A DNA stretch of 64,000 nucleotides, from NCBI GenBank assembly GCA_951406725.2, contig OX597819.1, forward strand, positions 110,484,001 through 110,548,000, written 5' to 3'. This DNA comes from Octopus vulgaris (lineage: Eukaryota). Within the stretch, counting starts at the first letter, position 1. Every line of letters starts with the position of its first letter. This document shows positions 46,082 to 58,034 of this stretch, in pieces. The notes below the pieces were generated by a model that had not been told where the DNA came from, did not search any database, and saw only the letters and a program-made list of their open reading frames with translations. The translations under genes were made by a program, and so were the position numbers.

Positions 46082-46478
46082 TTTTGATTTTGATTTTTCC
46101 AGTTTCAGCTAATGAGCTGTGGCCATGCTGGGGCACCGCCATTTGGTTTGCTACACGATTTTACCTCACGGATGCTTTTTAGCAAACGCCATCTGATGCA
46201 TGAGAGAGTTCGATGCAGCTGCCCTCATCTGCACCTCCTGCCGTGAAGTTGGTTCATCCGGGACACCTGACAGGAAGAGATCCAGTCCTACTTTAAAGAC
46301 ATCCGCATCCACACTATGCAGGTCCCTCAGGTTCTTCGGGAGGATATTGAAGAGCTGTGGGCCTCTGAAGCCCAGGCTATCACAATATCTTGTCCTACAT
46401 CTTGATGGCAAATTTGGAGTCCTTGGTACTACGCAGTGGCGTCCGGTTCTGGCATTTGTGTGACTCTCGATGCCAAAA
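46082..46478 (-). mobile_element. CR1-type LINE 3' fragment
   Basis: Nearly identical peptide to the end of ORF 51155-52909; (AAAATC)n tail. Confidence 0.93.
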
Positions 46479-46677
46479 TATACTATTGAAGCACAATAAA
46501 CGACACAAATACTTGACGGTGTACATATTTAGATATAATTAATTATTAGCGACAGAAAGAGTATCGATACCGAACGGTAATAAGCATTACCTTTTGGTAT
46601 TAACACCATTTCCCACTTTAAAAATGGATGTTGTGTTAGAACACAGAATACTGCGGTAGTTGCCTTGAGAAACTCTC

Positions 46678-46737
<60 letters not shown>

Positions 46738-46739
46738 TT

Positions 46740-46781
<42 letters not shown>

Positions 46782-47056
46782 CCAATTCTTCAACTGATAA
46801 TGACGGATTTTCTTCAAGTAATGCCTCAAGAAGCGTATCATCAACCTCAACTGGACGTCCTGTTCGACATTCATCTTCAATTTTGCAAACGATCTCCTGC
46901 AAGTTCTTTCATTCAAGCACTTTCCCATAAACTGAGTGTATGTTTCGAGTCACTTCGGCTGCAGAGTTACCTTTATTGTACTCATAAAGAATTATATGTA
47001 CCTTAAATGCTCCTTGGATACTTCCATGCTGAAAGGGTTTTAATCAAAGCAATTTT

Positions 47057-48358
47057 AGGGTGTCCACGAAGTCTGAGTACATGGAATAAAATCATAACAT
47101 AAACAAATACATATAAGAAATAACAATTTTCCCTTTTTACTTTTGTTTAAATTAAATAAATTACTTTACTTTTCTAAATTTATTTGATATTTTTTCTACA
47201 GATGATCGAATGATGGCTCTGTCTAAAGAAGAAAGAATCCCAGATCGAATGATAGATCTGTCTAAAGAAGAATCGAGTTTAGTATTATTAAATGAACGAG
47301 AGGGATGGTCTTATCGCAAAATTGCGGAAGAATTTAATCTTCGACACCCTTATAGGCAACCTATTTATTTTACTGCCGTCGGGAAATTGATCAAGAAATT
47401 TAAAGAAACAGGCAGTGTTTTGGATAAACCCCATTCCGGGCGACCAAATACTTCAGATGAAACGAAAGAGGCTGTCATGGCTAAAGTTTCTGCTAGCCCA
47501 AAGAAATCACATTCACGGTGTTAGGTGTTCCAAAACCAACCATCCACAAAATGCTGGTTGAGGAAAAGTTTCATCGATACAACCTACAGATATTGCATCA
47601 CTTAAATGAAGACGACCCTGATAGACGAATGTAGACGTGCGAATGGTTTTCAGATAAACTGGATGAAAATATCAATTTTACGAAAATCTTTGTGTTGACA
47701 AAGCTACGTTTTATGTAAATGATGAGGTCAACAGGCAGAATCTTCTATACTGGTAATCCACATTGGATGGATCCATCCAAACAGCCAGGCAGCAAAAAGG
47801 TGATGGTGTGGTGTGGCTTGTGGAAAGCTCATGTTCTAGGACCCTTCTTCGTTGAACATGTAACGGATGAGACTTATGTAAACATATTGAGAGACAAATT
47901 AATATATTAAATTGAGCGCCTAGGCGAGGGCCTTCCGAATTGGTTTCAGTAGGATGGAGCCCCTCCCATTTTGCCACAACGGTTAGAGATTGGCTTAATG
48001 ACACTTTTCCTCACTAGATTGGAAGAATGGGTCATATGGAATGGTCCCCTCGTTCACCAGACCTTTCTCCCCTTGATTTCTTTTTCTGGGGTATGTTGAA
48101 AGAGAAAATTTACTCAACAAAGATTACAGATTTAAAACACACGAGAGAACGCATTACCAGACAGTGTGCTGAAATTGATGGCAATGTAGACTTATTTAAT
48201 CAAGTTCACCTGAATTTTGCAAGGCGCATCAAATTATGCTTTGAAAATGATGGAAATCACTTTGAAAATATTATTTATTAACATTATAATTAAATAAAAT
48301 TGTTTTGTTTTAAAAGTATGTGTTAATCCCCATGTACGCAGACTTTGTGGACACCTTC
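47057..48358 (+). mobile_element. Near-full-length decayed Tc1/mariner-superfamily transposon (DD41D/rosa-like)
   Basis: ~28-bp TIRs GGTGTCCACGAAGTCTGAGTACATGG/CCATGTACGCAGACTTTGTGGACACC. Confidence 0.92.
47210..48281 (+). pseudogene. Disrupted DDD transposase
   Basis: HSGRP, KVMVWCG, WFQ*DGAP and WSPRSPDLSPLDFFFWG motifs with stops and frameshifts; about 40 residues between the second and third Asp as read. Confidence 0.9.
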
Positions 48359-49975
48359 TATTATTTTGTAAAACAATATTGAATTAGTTTAAACGTACAC
48401 AAATGCATAAAATTTTTTTAATTGAATTAGACATTTGAAAATACTATTAAATTTCATTCAAATCTAAAAAGAAAGGTAAAATTGGACAGAACTGATTGGA
48501 TGACTTGATATATATAATTTATGATATTCTAGTAGGTTTCAAATTTATAACACCTTGATATCTCATATCTCATTTTATATGCCTAAGACGTTTATTTTTT
48601 ATTCTGGTTTTTATATATTTCTATACATTATATTTGTATCTATAATTTATTTTAAGCCGAACATAATACGATCCTTGTACGAACGAAAGAACAAGAATGT
48701 CTTCTGAAACTTTTATCTTCCACAGGTGTTTGTAATCGATGGTGACATGTTCGAAGATTTTCCGATTATCTTCTATTTTACAGAGAAATTGGAAGCCCCG
48801 AATGTAAGCCACCACTTTATGCATTAATTTAATATCTAAAGTTCTCTGTTTCTAACTGAAATTCTGTCCTCAATAATTATAGATCTCTATTTCTAAATGT
48901 AACTCTTTTTCTTCTCGTTCAGCTTATAACTATAAGACGCATTCCTATCTATCTCTTGACCTCGTTAGGGTTAAATAGCCCTTACCGAATGTTTTCACTA
49001 TCCTGCTTTTGTTAGCAGCTTTTACGTTCCATGTTTCTCAAATTTTATTTAATTTATTTTGGGGGAACAATTGCTTTGACAAAGACGCTTCATGTTGCAA
49101 GGCTAGCAATGCGGAGTAGGTAAAGCTACCAACAACCGAGGAAGGGTTGCTTCTTTATTTTGTCTTCACACTATAGTTCTCTATGTATAATTGAAATTCT
49201 TTCTTGCTTTCTTTCTTTCTTTCTTTCTGCCGAGCCGAGCCGAGCCTTGGACCCTAAGTAAGGTATGTGTAAAATTTGAATGAAATTGGTTGTGTAGTTC
49301 TCAAGTTTTAGGGATTCACACAGACAGACACACACACACACATCCTCAGTTTTATATATATACTAGCATTATGACCCGCCGTTGCCGAGTCATAGTGCTA
49401 GTGCATGTATGTACGTGTACATATTGCATATACATCTACACATAAAATACAAAATACAAAGTTATATCTTGATACCGCTTGTGATAACAATACTCAAAAT
49501 ATACAACAGACTAGAATTGTAGGCCCGTCTCTTGCAATTTCGATCAATTGTATCTCGTCCTCCCTCTTGTATAGAAGTGTGGCTATAATCCAGCCTACCT
49601 CTACTTCTGGTGGGGCATTTTAAATTTTTATCCGGGACATCCTACGTCTCAGATATAAAGGTAAAAATAAAATATTTCCACTTTGCATGGTTCGGGTCGT
49701 GTACTCCCTTGCACGCTCCGTTGACTCGAACCTTGCATCTATTGTGGCGAATTTACCGCCTCTGGTTAGATACTTGATATATTTCATAGTCGCACCAAAC
49801 ACTATTCGATGGTGCGCTCCTCCAGTTGTTGAAATCTTTTTTTTTCTTTCTCTACATTGTATACTTTATAGACAATACTCTTTTCTTTAATTTAATTTTT
49901 TTATTTCGTTTGGTGGTGTTATCCTAGATTCACCGTCGTTGTCGGTGATCAATCCGAAATAGGTTTATATATATA

Positions 49976-50348
49976 CTCTTTACTCTTTTTTACTCTTTTA
50001 CTTGTTTCAGTCATTTGACTGTGGCCATGCTGGAGCACCGCCTTTAGTACTTATTCTATCGGTCTCTTTTTGCCGAACCGCTAAGTGACGGGGACGTAAA
50101 CACACCAGCATCGGTTGTCAAGCAATGCTAGGGGGACAAACACAGACACACAAACACACACACATACATATATATATACATATATACGACAGGCTTCTTT
50201 CAGTTTCCGTCTACCAAATCCACTCACAAGGCATTGGTCGGCCCGGGGCTATAGCAGAAGACACTTGCCTAAGATGCCACGCAGTGGGATTGAACCCGGA
50301 ACCATGTGGTTGGTTAGCAAGCTACTTACCACACAGCCACACAGCCAC
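49976..50348 (-). mobile_element. SINE family A (small internal deletion)
   Basis: Colinear with 45189-45632. Confidence 0.9.
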
Positions 50349-50406
50349 CATATATATATATAATTAAATTAAATTAAATTGAAATTAAAGTGCAAGAAAC
50401 TAAGCA

Positions 50407-50500
50407 CTCCACTTTTTCTATTCCTGAGCGCTATACTAATACATTTTTTTGTTTGTACTCCACCTGCCTTCGTCTTTTGTTCATTTTCGTAAACTTTCCC

Positions 50501-50501
<1 letters not shown>
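50407..50501 (+). mobile_element. PLE-type 3' end abutting (TA)n
   Basis: TTCCTGAGCGCTATACTAATAC...ACCTGCCTTCGTC...CGTAAA resembles the terminus of the PLE at 29828-29920. Confidence 0.6.
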
Positions 50502-50539
<38 letters not shown>

Positions 50540-50542
<3 letters not shown>

Positions 50543-50720
50543 GAGGGCGAGTCAAAAAGTAATGCGCTTTTCTTTATTTCATGTGAAGTTTTTGATAAAA
50601 ATAACTGAAAATTTTCCCAGTTATAAATGATATCATTTACGTTCTGAAATATTTTGTTTCTTACTTTGCAGGGAAGGAAAATTCGGATCAGATCAGAATT
50701 ATTACGAGGCACATAACAAC
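50540..50720 (+). mobile_element. Mariner-type terminal fragment
   Basis: TA-CGAGGGCGAGTCAAAAAGTAATGCG; single end only. Confidence 0.5.
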
Positions 50721-51038
50721 GAAAAAGATGACACATACAGCTATACATATACATGTATACATATACAGCTATATATATATATATACATCCATATACATAC
50801 AATAGAGAGATGTTTTTGTTTCACTCGTAACACGTAAGACTGAAATAGTAGAGAAGATATGATATTGCTGTGGGCTCACCCTAGGCAAGAAGTTAGAAAT
50901 TTATTGCCCATGACACTACATGGACCCTAAGTAAGGCATTTGTTAAATTTGAATGAAATTGGTTGTGTAGTTCTCAAGTTTTAGGGAAACACACAGACAG
51001 ACAGACAGACACACATTCTCAGTTTTATATATATAGAT

Positions 51039-51069
<31 letters not shown>

Positions 51070-51070
<1 letters not shown>

Positions 51071-52940
51071 GATTGATTGATTGATTCTAGTTTCAGCTCA
51101 TGAGCTGTGGCCATGCTGGGGCACCGCCATTTGGTGTTGCTACTTGGTTTTACTTCACGGAAGCTTTTTAGCAACTGCCATTTGGTGCATGAGAGAGTTC
51201 GATGCAGCTGCCCTCATCTGCACCTCCTGCCGTGAAGTTGGTTCATCTGGGACACCTGACAGGAAGAGATCCAGTTCCATTTTAAAGACATCTGCATCCA
51301 CCCCATGCAGGTCTCTCAGGTTCTTCGGGAGGATATTGAAGAGCTGTGGGCCACGGAAGCTCAGGCTATCACAGTATCTTGTCCTACATCTTGATGGCAA
51401 ATTTGGAGTCCTAGGCACCACGCAGTGGCGCCCAGTTCTGGCATTTGTGTAACTCTCGATGCCAAAGTTTGGGACACGTCCCTCCAGGATCTTCCAGATG
51501 TATATTATGGCATATCTTTCCCGCCTACGCTCCAAGGAATATAGTTTTAATCTCTTGAGTCTTTCCCAATAGCTTACATTCTGCATAGAGGCTATCTTCT
51601 TCGTGTAGCTACGCTGGATCGCCTCGAGCTCTGTGATCAACTTGACACTGGATGGTGACCATAACTGAGAGCAATAGTCAAAGTGGCTTAGGACAAGTGT
51701 CCTCCAGAGGACTATCATGGTTTCTTGTTCTCTTGTTCTAAAGGTTCTAAGAATCCATCCAGCCAGCCGTCTACATTTTATTGCCAGTTTAGCAACATGT
51801 ACATGAAAGGTCGCGTCATCACTCATGTGAATACCCAGGTCACGCACTGATTGTGCCTCTGGGATTGCAATCCCTCCGGGTCCAGTGTATTCATTGGGTG
51901 TTGCATTCAGTTTTGCATGCTGATAGTATAAAGCTTGAAAATTTTCAGCATTGAACTGCATGCTATTCTTTTCAGCCCACTTGTATATTTCGTCCAGCTC
52001 ACATTGCAGGTGCTTAGTGTCTTCAGGGTTCTGTTTTGCCTGTGAAACTTTTGTATCATCTGCATAACTTGTGATCGTGGCTCTCTGCGTGGCTGAGGGC
52101 ATGTCTGAGAGGGCCATTATGAACAGTAGTGGTCCCAAAACAGTGCCCTGCGGAACACCGCTCACTATTTGTGTGTTAATGGAAGTGGCCCCATTGGCTG
52201 CTACCACCTGACTTCTATTCTTCAGAAAGTCATGAAGCCATTCTCCCAATTTTCCAACTATGCCAAGATCACGCAGTTTGTGACATATCATTCCATGATC
52301 GACTTTATCAAAGGCCTTTGCAAAGTCGAGATATATGACTTCCACATTTGAGTGGTTGAGCAGTTGTTTCAGCACCCAGTCATAGTGTTGTAGGAGCTGA
52401 GTTAAACAGCTTTTTCCTGGTCGGAAACCATGTTGGGTGTCAGGCAGCAAGTCATTTTCTTCAAGGAAGGTGATTAGTTTCCTTCTGACTATTCGTTCCA
52501 TGACCTTGCTGGTGTGTGAGGTGAGAGAGATAGGTCTGTAGTTCTTGGCCTCTGCTCTGCTACCACCTTTATGAATAGGGCATATTTTACCTTCCTTCAG
52601 TTTTTTTGGAAGTTTGCCAGCTGCAAGGAAGCTCTGAAAGAGGATCTGCAGTGGTCTTGCTGGGACTCTCTTACATACTTTTAGGAGGATTGCCGGGAAT
52701 CCATCGGGGCCAATAGCTGATTCTGTTTTCATTTCATCTATGGCCTTTATTACATCGTCTTCCTTTATATCGATGTAATTTATCGTCGCCGCCTCTGATT
52801 TTATATCTGCAGTGGTAAAGAAGTCAGTTGGATTGGTGATTTGGAAATGCCCGAGGGGTGGAGTGAAAACACTCTTGAATTGCTCATTCAGTATTTCACT
52901 TACCCTCATTGGTTTTCCTGTGAGTGTGACATCTTTTCAA
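51070..52940 (-). mobile_element. 5'-truncated CR1-type LINE
   Basis: Open RT frame, short 3' UTR and (TCAA)n tail; APE endonuclease and ORF1 absent. Confidence 0.95.
51155..52909 (-). CDS. Non-LTR reverse transcriptase (CR1 group ORF2, C-terminal 584 aa)
   Basis: Motifs GPDG, NYRPISLTS, QHGFR, YLDFAKAFDKV, SGVPQGTVLGPLLF, YADD and RDLG; no stops. Confidence 0.93.
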   Translation of the reverse strand: MRVSEILNEQFKSVFTPPLGHFQITNPTDFFTTADIKSEAATINYIDIKEDDVIKAIDEMKTESAIGPDGFPAILLKVCKRVPARPLQILFQSFLAAGKLPKKLKEGKICPIHKGGSRAEAKNYRPISLTSHTSKVMERIVRRKLITFLEENDLLPDTQHGFRPGKSCLTQLLQHYDWVLKQLLNHSNVEVIYLDFAKAFDKVDHGMICHKLRDLGIVGKLGEWLHDFLKNRSQVVAANGATSINTQIVSGVPQGTVLGPLLFIMALSDMPSATQRATITSYADDTKVSQAKQNPEDTKHLQCELDEIYKWAEKNSMQFNAENFQALYYQHAKLNATPNEYTGPGGIAIPEAQSVRDLGIHMSDDATFHVHVAKLAIKCRRLAGWILRTFRTREQETMIVLWRTLVLSHFDYCSQLWSPSSVKLITELEAIQRSYTKKIASMQNVSYWERLKRLKLYSLERRRERYAIIYIWKILEGRVPNFGIESYTNARTGRHCVVPRTPNLPSRCRTRYCDSLSFRGPQLFNILPKNLRDLHGVDADVFKMELDLFLSGVPDEPTSRQEVQMRAAASNSLMHQMAVAKKLP

Positions 52941-52994
52941 GGATATATATACAAGGATATACATACAAGGATATACATACAAGGATATATATAC
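52938..52994. repeat. 14-bp minisatellite (CAAGGATATAYATA)x4 at the SINE/LINE junction
   Basis: Directly visible. Confidence 0.9.
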
Positions 52995-53189
52995 TTTTTA
53001 TTTGTTTCAGTCATGTGACTGCGGCTATGCTAGAGCACCGCATTTTAGTCGAAGAAATCGACCCCATGAATTATTTTTTGTAAGCTTGGTTTTTATTCTA
53101 TCCTCTCTTTTGCCGAACCGCTAGGTTACGGGGACATAAACACACTAACATCGGTTGTCAAGCGACGGTTGGGGGAAAACACAGACAGA

Positions 53190-53221
<32 letters not shown>

Positions 53222-53222
53222 T

Positions 53223-53308
<86 letters not shown>

Positions 53309-53453
53309 TACCGGCTTCTTTCAGCTTCCTTCTACCAAATCCACTCACAAGGTTTTGATCGACCCGTGGTTATAGTAGAAGACATTTGCCCAAGATGCCA
53401 CGCAGTGAGACTGAATCCGAGCAAGCTTCTTACCACACAGCTACTCCTGCGCC
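52994..53453 (-). mobile_element. SINE family A
   Basis: Colinear with 45189-45632. Confidence 0.9.
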
Positions 53454-54219
53454 TATAGCCTCTCCTCTCTCTATATATATATATCAAAGTTTCAATTCGT
53501 AATATTTGAAAAAAGATGTTTTTGAATTAAGATATATTACACACACACACACACATTATAAATCGTTAAAATATACCTTAACACAGACCTGATAGAAGGA
53601 AGTTTTGATGTAAGTGCTCTGGTCGCCATAGCGTCGACTGTGGGCCGGTAGCTGGGTACAGTCGCCCCAACGGTGCTTAGAAAAGATATTCCACGGTAAT
53701 TGTTACAATCACCACGGTCGCCTTTGTTTTGTAAATTGTAATGATGTTAGCATTCCGCGTATCTTGAAGGCCATATATAATGGCACCTTCTGCTCTATGG
53801 ACTTCTCCTGAAGTTAGTGTATGGAGAATATCAATGACTGAAAAAATTAAAAAGATTTTATAAAAAGAAAAAGATATATTTGTTAATTGACACATACAGA
53901 TTCAGACATACAAGAATTAGAGTTCATACACACTGATATAAGTATATGCACACATGTATCCTGGTTTACACACACACACACACAGACACACACGCAAACA
54001 CATGCACACACATGTATACAAACACACACGCACACACATATACATACATGTGTACACACTGACACACTCATACATACATGTGTACATACTCACAAACACA
54101 CACGGTTAACAATGTTTATGTTGTCTATAATACTAATAAAGGTAACTTCTTACTAAGTTTGAAACCAGTTCTTTCATTATTGGGGAGAAATTATAAGAAC
54201 AACACCGGAGTGACATAAA

Positions 54220-54425
54220 CGGCGCAGGAGTGGCATAAATAAGCGCAGGAGTGACTATATAGATGCTGGAATGGCTGTGTGGTAAGTAGCTTGCTTACCA
54301 ATCACATGGTTTCGGGTTCAGTTCCACTGCGTAGCACTTTGAGCAAGTGTATTCTACAATAGCCTCGGACCAACTAAAAGCCTTGTGAGTGGATTTGGTA
54401 GACGGAAACTGAAAGAAGACAGTTG
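54220..54425 (+). mobile_element. SINE family A 5' half with reiterated head (GCGCAGGAGTG)
   Basis: Three head starts followed by the CORE-like domain. Confidence 0.8.
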
Positions 54426-54443
54426 TATGTAAAAAGGTAAAAG

Positions 54444-54511
<68 letters not shown>

Positions 54512-54543
54512 TCATACACATACAAATATAATATTGATACACG

Positions 54544-54606
<63 letters not shown>

Positions 54607-54925
54607 TCATACACATACAAATATAATATTGATACACGCTTATATATATATACTCATACACTCATATGGATGTGTGCGTGTGTTTGTATATGTATATGCG
54701 TACGCATACATACAAAAATAAATACATAGTACGAGTAACTCCATGAATAAGACCTATGGCGTAAACAAACGTACTCCAATATATACACGTGTGTACTCAT
54801 GTGTACACACGTGTGATATAAGCGTGTACCATCCTAATTTGGCCAGAATATAATCTATAAAACGTTGGAATCACAAAAGCAATTATATAGATAATTGGAA
54901 TCTAAATGCAGCTGGATGAACGCTT

Positions 54926-54962
<37 letters not shown>

Positions 54963-55028
54963 AACAGACAGATTTACATACATGTGTGTATTTATGCATA
55001 TATATATATATATATATACATATATATG

Positions 55029-55077
<49 letters not shown>

Positions 55078-55140
55078 GCATATATATATATATATATTTG
55101 TATATATATATATGTATACATATATATATATATGTACACA

Positions 55141-55177
<37 letters not shown>

Positions 55178-55922
55178 ACATATGTATGTTTATATATGTA
55201 TATATTTGTATGCGTGTATGTGTATGTATACATATATATACATATATATACTTATATGTATGTATGTATGTATATATATATGTAGGAAATGAAAGACGGA
55301 AGATGGAATATACATACACGCAGACACAAACATAGATATCTGTCTGCTTGTATGTGTGCGTGTACATATATAAATGTCTGACTAAATGTGCATATACGCA
55401 CACATGCACGCACACGCACACACACGCATACATACACGCACATATATAATAATATACATATGCATACACAAAGATACAGAGATAGATACAAACATATATA
55501 TATACACACAAACACATCCCTGTCCGCGAACACATATAATATTTATGTACATAACTATGTATATATACCAGCACGTGTGATTGCATGGACGAGGATGTAT
55601 ATAAATTGATGCGTTTGTTGAAACGTAGAATAAACATGTATTTATAAATGCAGCTGCATTTGTGCATAAACACACCATTAAGTCAGTGGCAAGCACATAC
55701 GCACATACACACGCACTTTCTATTTCTCAGTCAGGCACACATACATACACACGCGCATGAATATGTCTGTGCGAGTGTCTATGTTCTTCGGTTATGCATT
55801 TATGTCTACGACAAATGTGTTCCTGTGAGTGTGTGGCAGTAGCCACATGCAGATGATACACACCCACGTATACATAGATACATAGGTGTATGTGTGTATA
55901 TATACATATATATGTACGTGTA

Positions 55923-55974
<52 letters not shown>

Positions 55975-56123
55975 AACATGTGTTCTTATATATATATGCG
56001 TGTGTATATATATATATATGTGTGTGTGGGTATATATATATACACACACATATATATATATTTATACACACACATATATATATATTTATACACACACATA
56101 TATATATATTTATACACACACAT

Positions 56124-56196
<73 letters not shown>

Positions 56197-57044
56197 TATA
56201 CACACGCATATATATATAAGAACACATGTTTATATATATATACACCTATATCTACACACGTACATATATATATATGTATGTCTGTATGTATATATATATA
56301 TATATAAGAGTTATACGTTCTTGTCCATGTTGTATTTTTCTACATACCTTAACATATATTCCAGGCGCCCCGTACCCCCCTTAACATTTATGTGAGCACA
56401 TATTCTTAATAATTGGTACGACTCTCTGTTTGTCTCTCTCTCTCTCTCATTTTTACTTGATCTGTCCCCCTCTCTCTCTTTTCTCTCTACTCATCCTCTT
56501 TTTCTCTTCTCTTTCCTCTGATTCTTTGGTCTAGTCTTCCACTACCCTCCTATTTCTTTGTCTCGCTCTGCACTCACAGGTCATTCTTCGACACCCATCC
56601 CTTCTCCTCTCTGATTCCTTCTTTCTCTCTCTTCTCTCTCTTTGTTGCGTTTGTCCCTCCTCTCTCTCTCTCTTCCTTTGCTTCTCTTTCTTTTCTTTTC
56701 CCTCTTCTCTGTCACGTGACTGTTGGCCGAAATCTGCCTTTCAGCCTCTGACCCTCGTTCTGTTAACATCGCTGTTTTCGTCCGCCACTATAAAGGCTTT
56801 TTCCATTGCGCCAGAGAAAAAATTTGTTTGCTTGTTATCAGTCGTAAGACACCGTTGTTTTCACCGTTAATGCTTCTGTATTTCATGTTTCTGTATTCCA
56901 TTATTGTTTTTTGTTTTTTTATATCTGTCCCTTTTGCTGTCCTGGTGTTCGTATGCATTCGATCCTTCTTCCAGGAAATCTACGCTTCCAGCTTAGTTTT
57001 TCTAATGCTCGTTGCTTGTTTTTCTTGGAGGGCTGGCCGTGATC

Positions 57045-57107
57045 TAGTAATCTCAAGATTAATCAGCCGAAATTACTACGATGATCCGGTTCTTGACTGA
57101 AGACTGA
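57045..57107 (+). ncRNA. Hammerhead-like ribozyme, non-circularly permuted strand order (copy 1)
   Basis: UAGUAA-UC-UCAAGA uuaa UCAG-CC-GAAA-UUACUA [12 nt] UCUUGA-CUGAAGA-CUGA; stems I and III are perfect 6 bp. Confidence 0.7.
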
Positions 57108-57887
57108 GGGTTTCGAATGTCCTGTCCGTGTTTATTGTGTCGTCTTCTAAGAGTTATACGTTCTTGTCCATGTTGTATTTTTCTACATACCTTAACATAT
57201 ATTCCAGGCGCCCCGTACCCCCCTTAACATTTATGTGAGCACATATTCTTAATAATTGGTACGACTCTCTGTTTGTCTCTCTCTCTCTCTCATTTTTACT
57301 TGATCTGTCCCCCTCTCTCTCTTTTCTCTCTACTCATCCTCTTTTTCTCTTCTCTTTCCTCTGATTCTTTGGTCTAGTCTTCCACTACCCTCCTATTTCT
57401 TTGTCTCGCTCTGCACTCACAGGTCATTCTTCGACACCCATCCCTTCTCCTCTCTGATTCCTTCTTTCTCTCTCTTCTCTCTCTTTGTTGCGTTTGTCCC
57501 TCCTCTCTCTCTCTCTTCCTTTGCTTCTCTTTCTTTTCTTTTCCCTCTTCTCTGTCACGTGACTGTTGGCCGAAATCTGCCTTTCAGCCTCTGACCCTCG
57601 TTCTGTTAACATCGCTGTTTTCGTCCGCCACTATAAAGGCTTTTTCCATTGCGCCAGAGAAAAAATTTGTTTGCTTGTTATCAGTCGTAAGACACCGTTG
57701 TTTTCACCGTTAATGCTTCTGTATTTCATGTTTCTGTATTCCATTATTGTTTTTTGTTTTTTTATATCTGTCCCTTTTGCTGTCCTGGTGTTCGTATGCA
57801 TTCGATCCTTCTTCCAGGAAATCTACGCTTCCAGCTTAGTTTTTCTAATGCTCGTTGCTTGTTTTTCTTGGAGGGCTGGCCGTGATC

Positions 57888-57950
57888 TAGTAATCTCAAG
57901 ATTAATCAGCCGAAATTACTACGATGATCCGGTTCTTGACTGAAGACTGA
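57888..57950 (+). ncRNA. Hammerhead-like ribozyme, non-circularly permuted strand order (copy 2)
   Basis: Identical to 57045-57107. Confidence 0.7.
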
Positions 57951-58034
57951 GGGTTTCGAATGTCCTGTCCGTGTTTATTGTGTCGTCTTCTAAGAGTTAT
58001 ACGTTCTTGTCCATGTTGTATTTTTCTACATACC

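Larger units (their letters stand above)
46780..48510 (-). mobile_element. Mariner (Mos1/SETMAR-like) 5' remnant, interrupted by a second transposon
   Basis: Frameshifted peptide MEVSKEHLR..LYEYNKGNSAAEVTRNIHSVYG..LNERTCRR..EDECRTGRPVEVDD..LLEENPSLSVEELA at 47027-46780; mariner-like TIR TATCAAGTCATCCAATCAGTTCTGTCC near 48484-48510. Confidence 0.8.
49248..51038 (+). mobile_element. Helitron/Helentron-like non-autonomous element in head-to-tail junction
   Basis: ~115-bp 3' termini repeated at 49248-49362 and 50921-51038, with (CAGA)n(CA)n and TTTTATATATATAGAT; 5' end TACTAG with hairpin 49363-49401. Confidence 0.6.

Noticed and set aside
56723-57943. Duplicated 125-aa hydrophobic ORF
   Set aside because: TTG start and T-rich composition explain it; it lies in a non-coding tandem unit.
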